A stretch of 33,391 nt of DNA. Origin: Rhodospirillales bacterium. Lineage in GTDB: Bacteria > Pseudomonadota > Alphaproteobacteria > Rhodospirillales > JADHTD01. Positions 1-7,380 of the stretch are shown here, piece by piece. The notes under the pieces are model-generated. The model saw only the letters and a program-made list of their open reading frames with translations. It ran no database searches and was not told the DNA's origin. The position numbers and the translations under genes are program-made. The DNA is taken from positions 1 through 33,391 of the forward strand of contig JADHTD010000001.1 in the NCBI GenBank assembly GCA_016776525.1, read 5' to 3'. Numbering within the stretch: the first letter of the stretch is position 1; every line of letters starts with the position of its first letter.

Positions 1-570
1 CCCCGTCGTCGGTTCGTCATAGAAAACAACCAGCGGGTTCATGGAAAGGGCCCGGGCGATGGCCAGCCTTTTTGCCATGCCGCCCGAAAGCTCGTCCGTG
101 TCATGGTTCAGGAAACCGTCATCGCCGGGCAAATCGACGGCATCAAGCACCCGGCGGGCAACGGTCTCGATGGTGGCGTCGTCCTGGTTTTTCACCTCGC
201 GGAGCCACAGCGCGATGTTGTCAAAAACGGTGCCCGAGAACAGCGCGTTCCGCTGGAAGACGACGCCCCAGTGCGTATGGATACGGTCTTTCTCGTCATC
301 ATCGATCTTGGCCAGGTCGACCAGCGGTTGGCCGGGAAGTTCGTGGTCGGTAACCAGCACCCGGCCCCGGTCGGGTTCAAGCTGGTTGAGGATCAGGTTC
401 ATCAGCACCGTCTTGCCGCAACCCGACCCGCCGACGATGGCCAGCACATCGCCCCGCTTGATCGCCAGGTCGATGCCGGTCAGTACCCGATGGCCGTCAA
501 AAGCGATGGCCGCGTCCTCGATGAGGATCTCGGGGGGCATTTCGGAGCCTGTGTCACCGGTGGTCGCCAT
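1..570 (-). CDS. ABC transporter ATP-binding protein, MlaF/Mkl-like (N-terminal 190 aa; C-terminus lies beyond the window edge)
   Basis: Absent from the ORF track because it runs off the left edge. Reverse-strand translation from the ATG at 570-568 gives MATTGDTGSEMPPEILIEDAAIAFDGHRVLTGIDLAIKRGDVLAIVGGSGCGKTVLMN...DELSGGMAKRLAIARALSMNPLVVFYDEPTTG. Walker A (GGSGCGKT), ABC signature (LSGGMAKR) and Walker B (VVFYDEP) are all present. Confidence 0.85.
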   Translation of the reverse strand, partial: MATTGDTGSEMPPEILIEDAAIAFDGHRVLTGIDLAIKRGDVLAIVGGSGCGKTVLMNLILNQLEPDRGRVLVTDHELPGQPLVDLAKIDDDEKDRIHTHWGVVFQRNALFSGTVFDNIALWLREVKNQDDATIETVARRVLDAVDLPGDDGFLNHDTDELSGGMAKRLAIARALSMNPLVVFYDEPTTG

Positions 571-919
571 AACGCCAGCCTACAGAACGCCAGCGCCGAT
601 GGATAGTCCCTGGGTGGCGTCAGTACGGGCATCGCCGGACCGCTTAGAAAAATATTCTTTAGTATAAAAAATAATTCTGGCAATTCCCGGGTTTTCGACA
701 ACGCACCTGCGGTAAGGCGTTGATTTTTAGGGACCTCGTTTCCCGGTGTGCGCCGGACTGTGGAAAAGGTGTGCATGAAATGTGAACAGGTGGGAATCTT
801 ATGCACAGATTTCTATAGCTATCCCCCTTATTCCATATTGAATTACGACTCGATACTCTTCACCATACTTCCGCACGCGAAAGCGTCGACGTTACGAATT
901 CTTCAGTGGGGGCTGATTT

Positions 920-1860
920 ATCTTTCGGGATTTTTTGGAACTTGCTTAAGGGTTTGTAGGCCCGGAAACGGGGATGGTATTTGGGGACTTGTTCTTTAGA
1001 TGCCGGAACGGTTTCAGGGCTGGACGTCCGCAAAGGCGGCAGGGCTTCGGCCCGGTCGTGGCGACAGAAGGGCTTCGGCCCGGACGGCGCGGCAAAATTC
1101 GGGTTTCGGCCCGGGTGGCGTTAGAGCGGAAGTCTGCGTAAAGCCCCGTTTCGCCAGCGGGGCGGACCTGATGCGAGGCCTTGGGGTGTTCTTCGGAAGA
1201 CCCGGAGGCGCCGGGGTCCCGGCACCGTCTTCGGACGGTACTGAGACGCCGGAGGCCGCAGAAACTTCTTCGGAAGGGACGGCGGACTCGCAGACCGGAG
1301 GGTTCTCTTCGGAGAGTCCAATGGATTTCAGGGCTGGCGGGGTTCCCTCGGGGATCCCGGGAGTTTTGAAAGGCCGGTGGACCGGTGAAAGGGTTTCGGC
1401 CCGATCACAGGAAAGCCGGGGGAGACGGAGCAGCCGACCGCTTGCGGTAGGCGAGACCGGATCCCGGGAACCAAGTCCTTGAGAAGGACGTTCCTTCGGG
1501 AATGGAATTCAAAAGGGGCCGGGTTTTCCCAAACGGAGTGGGGCCCTTTCGGGGGTTTGGCTCCGGGAGCAATGTCCCGTAGGGGTCACGGCTTTTTGGG
1601 TCCGCTTTGTGAAACAGGATTTACGCCGTTGATTGTGTGTTGGACGGGCCGTCCCGGAAACGGGACTTCCCTCCAGCAGACAGCGGCACCGGAAGAAAAC
1701 GGTTCTCTGCCCAGGGTTCGTTTTCGGAAAGTGGCGCGATGCTGTAGAGGCAACTTTCAAGTGCGCGGAGCCTGGCCGGCTCCAATTCGAGGCGTCAGGA
1801 GCATCCTTGTGATGCGTTATGCAGGTTTCCCAGGACCAGCATACCTGACGCCTCATTTAT
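920..1860 (+). ncRNA. Candidate large structured RNA or hairpin-array element (unclassified)
   Basis: No credible CDS here; ORFs on both strands are Arg/Gly/Pro/Ser-rich and mutually overlapping. About 18 local hairpins have stable tetraloops when read on the plus strand. Examples: 920-931 AUCU(UUCG)GGAU, 961-972 CCCG(GAAA)CGGG, 1042-1053 and 1070-1081 GGGC(UUCG)GCCC, 1224-1239 ACCGUC(UUCG)GACGGU. Further examples: 1300-1319, 1339-1358, 1437-1448 ACCG(CUUG)CGGU, 1651-1666 GUCCCG(GAAA)CGGGAC, and a closing helix 1790-1799/1844-1853. The strand call rests on UUCG/GAAA loops being the stable forms; on the minus strand they would read CGAA/UUUC. Confidence 0.35.
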
Positions 1861-2067
1861 TTAGCAGAGCCGATTCCGCGAAACAACTACATTTTGTATG
1901 TGCTGTCCGTGCTGCATCCATATGCGGATTGTTGGCCCGAATGAACACCGCCTCGTACCGTATCAATCTATAAAATCGGCAGTAAAGCCACTGTGTTCAC
2001 AATATGAACGCAGGTTGGAAACGGGCAACTTTCTATTTATCAGAGTTCCCGGGAAAAAGCCCCGCGG

Positions 2068-3147
2068 TCAGCCGTAGAGCCGCGGCATCAACACCCAGTA
2101 ATCGAGGTCGAGGACGACGGCCGGATCATAGGCGCCGCCCTCATCTTTATAAGGAAACCCGTCACAGGCCTTGTCCTTGACCGCCACCGTCCTTAAGCGC
2201 AGCACCCCGATGTCTTCGTGGGCGCTCAGCGCCGCCTTGTCGAGAACCTCCGACCAGGCATAGATGGTGTCGCCGGCAAAAGTTGGCGCGACGTGGCTGC
2301 CGGCATTGAGGGCGGCCACCCGAAAGGCGTTGGCCAGACCATTGAAGCTTAACGACCGGGCCAGGCTGATGATATGGCCGCCATAGACGATACGCTTAGG
2401 ATAGCGGCCGGCCGCCGCCGCATGCTGGTTGAAATGAACCTTCGCCGTGTTCTGGTAGAGCCGGGTCGCCATCATGTGTTCGGCCTCTTCGATGGTCATG
2501 CCGTCCACATGGTCGATCTTTTCGCCAACGCTATAGGAATCCCACAGGTGCGGACTGCCCGACAGCGACAGGTCGTAATCCTCCATGGACAGGCCTTCCG
2601 GCACGAAAAGGCTCTCGGGCGCGACCACCTCGGCCAATTCCGGCACCAGGTTTTCCACGCACTCGGCTTGCGGATCGCGTTTGCGGACCATCACCCACCG
2701 CACATAATCGAGCACCGTCTCGCCGACCTGATTGACCCCGTGGGTGCGCACATAGACGACGCCCGTCTTGCCGTTGGAATTCTCCTTGAGGCCGATGACG
2801 TCCGAGGTGGCGGAGAGCGTATCGCCCGCCTGCACCGGCGCCTCAAAGCGGCCCATGGCATAGCCCAAATTGGCGATGGCATTGAGCGAGATGTCCGGCA
2901 CCGTCTTGCCGAAGACGATGTGGAAGACCAGCAAGTCATCCAGCGGCACCCCGTCGAAACCCAGGTCACCGGCAAAAACATCCGAGGAATGGATCGCAAA
3001 GCGCGACCCGTAGAGCGCCGTATAGAGCGCCATGTCGCCTTCGCTGACAGTGCGCGGCGTGGCGTGGATGATCTCTTGGCCGAGGCGGAAGTCCTCGAAA
3101 TAGTTGCCGGGATTGGCCTTGCCGGCGGTCTCCGGGGTATCGCTCAT
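2068..3147 (-). CDS. MaoC-family double hot-dog enoyl-CoA hydratase (mesaconyl-CoA or itaconyl-CoA hydratase-like)
   Basis: 359-aa ORF with an ATG at 3147-3145 that overlaps the upstream gene's stop as ATGA. The translation (NYFEDFRLGQ...TPRTVSEGD..., second half ...VYGGHIISLA...) resembles two-domain MaoC dehydratases. Pairing with a CitE-like lyase is typical of malyl/citramalyl-CoA pathways. Confidence 0.85.
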   Translation of the reverse strand: MSDTPETAGKANPGNYFEDFRLGQEIIHATPRTVSEGDMALYTALYGSRFAIHSSDVFAGDLGFDGVPLDDLLVFHIVFGKTVPDISLNAIANLGYAMGRFEAPVQAGDTLSATSDVIGLKENSNGKTGVVYVRTHGVNQVGETVLDYVRWVMVRKRDPQAECVENLVPELAEVVAPESLFVPEGLSMEDYDLSLSGSPHLWDSYSVGEKIDHVDGMTIEEAEHMMATRLYQNTAKVHFNQHAAAAGRYPKRIVYGGHIISLARSLSFNGLANAFRVAALNAGSHVAPTFAGDTIYAWSEVLDKAALSAHEDIGVLRLRTVAVKDKACDGFPYKDEGGAYDPAVVLDLDYWVLMPRLYG

Positions 3148-4022
3148 GGGGCTTCCGCCTCCTTGATCATGGCGGCCATGGCGACAAGTCGCCGGGCGCT
3201 TTCCACATGCAGGTTTTCAATCAGCTTGCCGTCAACCAGGACGATACCCTTGCCGTCCTTTTCGGCCTCGGCATGGGCGGCAATGATTTTTTCCGACCAG
3301 GCGATGTCTTCTTCACTCGGCGCAAAGACCCGGTTGGCGGCCTCGATGGTTTTCGGATGGATCAAGGTCTTGCCGTCGAAGCCCATGTCCGCCCCCTGAC
3401 GGCAGGCGGCTTCGAAACCTTCGTCGTCGGACAGGTCGAGGAGCACCCCGTCGAGGATGGCCAGGCCTTCCGCCTTGGCCGCCAGCACACACAAGCCGAG
3501 GCTGGTCAGCATCGGCAGGCGGTCCGGCGTATGGGCGCAACCCAAGTCCTTGGCCAGGTCCGACGTGCCCATGACGAACCCGCCGAGGCGCGGGCTGGCG
3601 CCGGCGATCTCTTCGGCCCGCAACATGGCCCGGGGCGTTTCCATCATGCACCACAGCGCCATATCGGCTGGCGCCCCGTTATCCGCCATCAGGGCATCGG
3701 CTTCCCGGACATGCTCGGCGCTTTCCACTTTCGGCAGCAACAGGGCATCGGCGCCGCAACCGGCCAGGGCGGCGATATCGTCGCGGCCCCAAGGCGTCTC
3801 CAGGGCATTGACCCGGACCAGGATTTCCCGGTTTCCATAACCGCCCTCGGCGAGGGCGGCAATGATGTTGGTGCGCGCTTCGCCCTTGGCATCGGGCGCC
3901 ACCGAATCCTCGAGGTCCAGGATCAGGCCGTCGGCTGGTAGCGTCCTTCCCTTTTCCAATGCGCGGGTATTGGCGCCCGGCATGTAAAGCACGCTGCGGC
4001 GCGGGCGGACGGTGGTCGGCAT
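3144..4022 (-). CDS. HpcH/HpaI aldolase - citrate lyase beta (CitE)-like CoA ester lyase (malyl-CoA or citramalyl-CoA lyase/thioesterase-like)
   Basis: The ORF track gives 3144..4028 with a TTG start. The ATG at 4022-4020 is preceded by AAGGAGG with 6-nt spacing, so I prefer it. Translation: RSVLYMPGANTRALEKGRTLPADGLILDLEDSVAP...LLLPKVES...MMETP...GTSDL, as in the CitE family. Confidence 0.85.
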   Translation of the reverse strand: MPTTVRPRRSVLYMPGANTRALEKGRTLPADGLILDLEDSVAPDAKGEARTNIIAALAEGGYGNREILVRVNALETPWGRDDIAALAGCGADALLLPKVESAEHVREADALMADNGAPADMALWCMMETPRAMLRAEEIAGASPRLGGFVMGTSDLAKDLGCAHTPDRLPMLTSLGLCVLAAKAEGLAILDGVLLDLSDDEGFEAACRQGADMGFDGKTLIHPKTIEAANRVFAPSEEDIAWSEKIIAAHAEAEKDGKGIVLVDGKLIENLHVESARRLVAMAAMIKEAEAP

Positions 4023-4233
4023 GGTCAACCTCCTTGGTCTTTTATTATTCGTTAGACTTTTATCACTTCGCAGTTGCGAAAAAAGTATCGCCTGGACTGC
4101 CCGCTGGCAAGCCTTGCCGTCGCCTCATTTGCTTCTGCCGGTTGTTGAATGCGATGAGATGGATTAATAATCCATTGTGGGTTTGCCGGGTATGCTCATC
4201 CGGCAACAAAATGGGGCAGGGGCAACGTCCGAT

Positions 4234-4794
4234 ATGGGCCTGAGTCTGGACAACGTCAGCATTCTGGTGGTCGACGACAATACGTTCATGCGGCGTATCG
4301 TGAAGTCGATCCTGAATATCTTCCAGTGCCGGGACGTCAAGGAAGCCGGTGACGGCGCCGACGCCCTGAAGATACTCAACAGCGGTTTCTTGCCCGATAT
4401 CCTGATCACCAACTGGCAGATGCCGACGGTCGACGGCATCGAACTGGCCCGCATGATCCGCACCGGTTCCGACAGCCAGAACCCCTATCTGCCGATCATC
4501 ATGATCACCGGCCATTCGGAACACTCCCGCATCCTGGAAGCCCGCGACGTCGGCATTAACGAATTCCTGGTCAAGCCGATTTCGGCCCGCACCCTTTATA
4601 AGCACATTTCAAACGTCATCGAACGGCCCCGGCAGTTCGTCCGCTCGAAAACCTATTTCGGGCCCGACCGGCGGCGCAAGCGGGCCAACTTCACCTATGA
4701 CGGTCCCGAACGCCGCCAGGATGATCCGCTGGCCGACGGCGACAGCGGTGAAAACGGCGAGAGCACGGAAAAGTCCTGGTCCGACGACGGCTGA
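4234..4794 (+). CDS. Single-domain CheY-like response regulator receiver protein with an Arg-rich C-terminal tail
   Basis: ORF 4177..4794. The internal ATG at 4234 gives MGLSLDNVSILVVDDNTFMRRIV...DILITNWQMPTVDGIELARMIR...ITGHSE...GINEFLVKP, with the receiver acidic pocket, phospho-Asp context and conserved Lys. The tail contains FGPDRRRKR...GPERRQ. Confidence 0.8.
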   Translation: MGLSLDNVSILVVDDNTFMRRIVKSILNIFQCRDVKEAGDGADALKILNSGFLPDILITNWQMPTVDGIELARMIRTGSDSQNPYLPIIMITGHSEHSRILEARDVGINEFLVKPISARTLYKHISNVIERPRQFVRSKTYFGPDRRRKRANFTYDGPERRQDDPLADGDSGENGESTEKSWSDDG

Positions 4795-4839
4795 AGTCCC
4801 TTTCCGCGGTTACCCAAATCCCAGCCCCGCAATGAGGGT

Positions 4840-5892
4840 CTACGGCGACGCCCGATGCGGTACCGGCCAGGCCTGGCCCGGCTTCAGAGTGCGGAAGACG
4901 CCGTCGGCCACGCCTGCCCCCCGAAGCGCTGCCTGTAATCTTTGTTCCGGTTCTTCGCGGGCTTCGTCGGTCAGCGGAAAGGTGCCCAGATGCATGCCGA
5001 GGCTGTGGGACGCCCGTAAATCCTTGTGAGCCTGCACGGCTTCTTCCGGGTTGATATGGGCATAGTGCATAAACCAGCGCGGCGCGTAATGACCGACCGG
5101 CAGCAGGGCCAGGCGGAAGCCGCCGAATTTCTCAGCCGCCTTCCGGAAATGCCCGGAATAGCCCGTATCGCCCGCGTGATAGATGTTGCCGCCCGGCGTC
5201 TCGATGACAAAGGCCCCCCACAGGGCCCGGTTGCGGTCGAACAGGCCGCGGGCCGACCAATGCTTGGCGTATTGGAAATGCACACGCACGCCGGGGGCCA
5301 AGTCCGCCCCGCCCTGCCAATCCAAGATTTCAGACTTCAGGTCGGAACGGTACTTGGCGAGGACGGCGTCGTTGCCGAGGCCGAAGAAAATCCGCGCCCG
5401 GTCCCGGTCGTAAAGCCGTTGCAGGGTCTTCAGGTCAAAATGGTCATAATGATTGTGGCTGACGAGAACGGCGTCGATCTTCGGCAGGTCCTCGAAGGCC
5501 ACCCCCGGCGCGTGCACCCGTTTGGGGCCGTAGAAACTGAACGGGCTGGCGCGCTCAGACCAGTGGGGGTCGGTGAGGATATTAAGGCCCCGGGTCTGGA
5601 TGAGGACGGTGGCATGGTTGACGAAGGTGACCCGCAGGTCATCGCCTTCGATGCGGGCCGGCGGTTTGGCGGTGGGGCCGATATCCACCCACTCGGGCCA
5701 GGGCGCCGGGTCGCGGCCAAAACGCCATTTGAGGAAATCGAGAAAGCCTTCCTGCCTCGGCACCGGGTTGAGGAAAACCTTGCCGTTGAAATGATCAGAT
5801 GTGGGCCCGTCGTAATACACCGTCGAACAACTCCCCAGCCCCAGCACCGCCACCAGGGCGATGGCCATTAAAACAAGGACTGTTTTTTTCAT
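4840..5892 (-). CDS. MBL-fold metallo-hydrolase lipoprotein (NAPE-PLD-like)
   Basis: 350 aa. N-terminus MKKTVLVLMAIALVAVLGLGSC is a signal peptide plus lipobox. The HxHxDH motif is VLVSHNHYDHFD, with later HAGDTG and H residues typical of the beta-lactamase fold. Confidence 0.85.
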   Translation of the reverse strand: MKKTVLVLMAIALVAVLGLGSCSTVYYDGPTSDHFNGKVFLNPVPRQEGFLDFLKWRFGRDPAPWPEWVDIGPTAKPPARIEGDDLRVTFVNHATVLIQTRGLNILTDPHWSERASPFSFYGPKRVHAPGVAFEDLPKIDAVLVSHNHYDHFDLKTLQRLYDRDRARIFFGLGNDAVLAKYRSDLKSEILDWQGGADLAPGVRVHFQYAKHWSARGLFDRNRALWGAFVIETPGGNIYHAGDTGYSGHFRKAAEKFGGFRLALLPVGHYAPRWFMHYAHINPEEAVQAHKDLRASHSLGMHLGTFPLTDEAREEPEQRLQAALRGAGVADGVFRTLKPGQAWPVPHRASP

Positions 5893-6032
5893 CCTGAGTT
5901 TATCTCCGGAATGCCTGCTGCCCCAAAAAAAGCGGCACTCTTTGAATTACGCAAATACGTCGTCGCGGGACTGTGGCCCGCTCGGGATTTTCTCGGGCGC
6001 CGCCTTTAATGTTAGTGCGTTTGAAACGCCGT

Positions 6033-7064
6033 TCAAGCCGCCTTCTTGAGGTGGCTGCGGATCAGTTCCTCGGCGATCTGCACGGTATTGAGGGCCGCCC
6101 CCTTGCGCAGGTTGTCGGAAACCACCCACAGGTTAAGACCGTTCTTCACCGTCGGATCACGGCGGATGCGGCTGACGAAGACGGCGTCTTCCCCGGCGCA
6201 TTCGGCGGGCGTCACGTAACCTTCGTCGGCCCGGTGGTCGACGACGGTGATGCCGGGGGCGGATTTAAGGACGCCGCGGGCCTGCTCTACGCTGAGCGGG
6301 TTTTCGAATTCCAGATTGATGGCTTCGGCATGGCCGATGAACACCGGCACCCGCACGCAGGTTGCCGTGACGTCAATATCGCCATCCAGGATCTTCTTGG
6401 TTTCCACCACCATCTTCCATTCTTCCTTGGTCGAACCGTCTTCCATGAAGCTGTCGATGTGCGGAATGACATTGAAGGCAATCTGCTTGGTGAAGTTTTC
6501 CTGGTGCTTGCTGAACGGCTCATTGACGTAAATGCCGCGGGTCTGGTTGAACAGTTCGTCCATCGCCGACTTGCCGCCGCCCGACACCGACTGGTAGCTG
6601 GAAACGACGACGCGCTTGATGCCGGCAACCTCATGCAGGGGCTTCAGCGCCACCACCATCTGGATGGTCGAACAGTTGGGGTTGGCGATGATGCCGCGCT
6701 TGGCGTAACCGGCAATGGCCTCCGGGTTGACCTCGGGCACGACCAGCGGCACGTCCGGTTCCATGCGGAAATGCGACGTATTGTCGATGACCACGGCCCC
6801 GGCCTTGGCGGCAATCGGGCTGTACTGGGCCGACACCTTGGCGCCAGGCGACGACAGCACGATATCGGTGCCGGTGAAATCGAAGGTCTCCAGGTCCTGA
6901 ACCTTCAGCTCCCGGTCCTCGCCGTAGGAAATCTCGTAGCCGACCGACCGGCTTGAGGCCAGCGCGACCACCTCGTCGGCCGGGAAGTCGCGCTCTTCCA
7001 TGGTCTTCAAAAGTTCGCGCCCGACATTACCGGTGGCCCCGACGACGGCAACTTTGTAACCCAT
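6033..7064 (-). CDS. asd: Aspartate-semialdehyde dehydrogenase
   Basis: 343 aa: MGYKVAVVGATGNVGRELL...IIANPNCSTIQMVVALKPL...SSYQSVSGGG...VRVPVFIGHAEAIN. Classic Asd active-site Cys (NPNCST) and H motif. Confidence 0.95.
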   Translation of the reverse strand: MGYKVAVVGATGNVGRELLKTMEERDFPADEVVALASSRSVGYEISYGEDRELKVQDLETFDFTGTDIVLSSPGAKVSAQYSPIAAKAGAVVIDNTSHFRMEPDVPLVVPEVNPEAIAGYAKRGIIANPNCSTIQMVVALKPLHEVAGIKRVVVSSYQSVSGGGKSAMDELFNQTRGIYVNEPFSKHQENFTKQIAFNVIPHIDSFMEDGSTKEEWKMVVETKKILDGDIDVTATCVRVPVFIGHAEAINLEFENPLSVEQARGVLKSAPGITVVDHRADEGYVTPAECAGEDAVFVSRIRRDPTVKNGLNLWVVSDNLRKGAALNTVQIAEELIRSHLKKAA

Positions 7065-7121
7065 TTTCTTTACTCCAAATTATTTGGCCTGTTGGTCCCG
7101 GCCCTGGTCTTCCCTCAAACG

Positions 7122-7147
7122 AAAAACCCGCGGATCGGTTCCGCGGG
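7122..7147 (-). terminator. Rho-independent terminator closing the leu transcription unit
   Basis: On the minus strand: CCCGCGGA-ACCGA-UCCGCGGG (8-bp GC stem, 5-nt loop), immediately followed by UUUUUCGUUU. Confidence 0.6.
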
Positions 7148-7186
7148 CCTGATTAAACGTCAGCGTATGACGATCCGGCCCGCGTC

Positions 7187-7306
7187 TTACCGCGTGGTGG
7201 TTTTCGTCTTGGTCTTGGTTTCAATGGCGGAGGCGCACGCAACCATCGCCGGGGACTCGATCCCAGCCGCTTGGTCTTGCAAAATTGCGTTCATCAAAAA
7301 AGACAT
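7187..7306 (-). CDS. Small ORF (39 aa), hypothetical, between leuB and its terminator
   Basis: Below the track's length cut-off. GGAGGAAAGACG precedes the ATG at 7306-7304. Translation: MSFLMNAILQDQAAGIESPAMVACASAIETKTKTKTTTR, stop TAA at 7189-7187. It lies upstream of the terminator at 7122-7147, so it would be co-transcribed with leuB. Confidence 0.3.
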   Translation of the reverse strand: MSFLMNAILQDQAAGIESPAMVACASAIETKTKTKTTTR

Positions 7307-7380
7307 CGTCTTTCCTCCATCGGCGGGCAGGAATACTCCTGTCGGCGTTTGATTTCAAGGATTTTCGGCCTTGAAGGCGC

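Noticed and set aside
906-935. tGGGGCTGATTTatctttcgggatttt resembles the 5-prime end of tmRNA (GGGGCUGAUU...UUCGACGGGAU).
   Set aside because: No complementary CAGCCCC-ACCA acceptor strand, T-arm or ANDN...AA-type tag reading frame is found up- or downstream. Alphaproteobacterial ssrA is also circularly permuted, which this does not fit. I treat it as a chance similarity.
1040-1560. Periodic hairpins as a degenerate CRISPR array.
   Set aside because: The units are not sequence-identical, and the 38-39-nt period is too short for repeat plus spacer. There is no leader or cas genes anywhere in the window.
1000-1973. ORFs 1000..1482(+), 1181..1369(+), 1479..1973(+), 1121..1321(-) and 1509..1856(-) as protein-coding genes.
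   Set aside because: Translations are Arg/Gly/Pro/Ser-rich and low-complexity, and the ORFs overlap each other on both strands. There are no SD sequences. Codon usage (AGG, AGA, GGA, GGG, CGA, AGU) and lower GC3 differ from all neighbouring real genes. The region is better explained by hairpin structure.
1898-2077. 59-codon ORF starting MCCPCCIHMRIVG... (CCPCC motif).
   Set aside because: It has no SD and AT-rich atypical codons, and it runs into the 3-prime end of the convergent MaoC gene. It is probably fortuitous.
7092-7352. 86-aa plus-strand ORF in the asd-leuB spacer.
   Set aside because: It has no SD and an implausible composition. It runs through the minus-strand terminator and is antisense to the better-supported 39-codon ORF.
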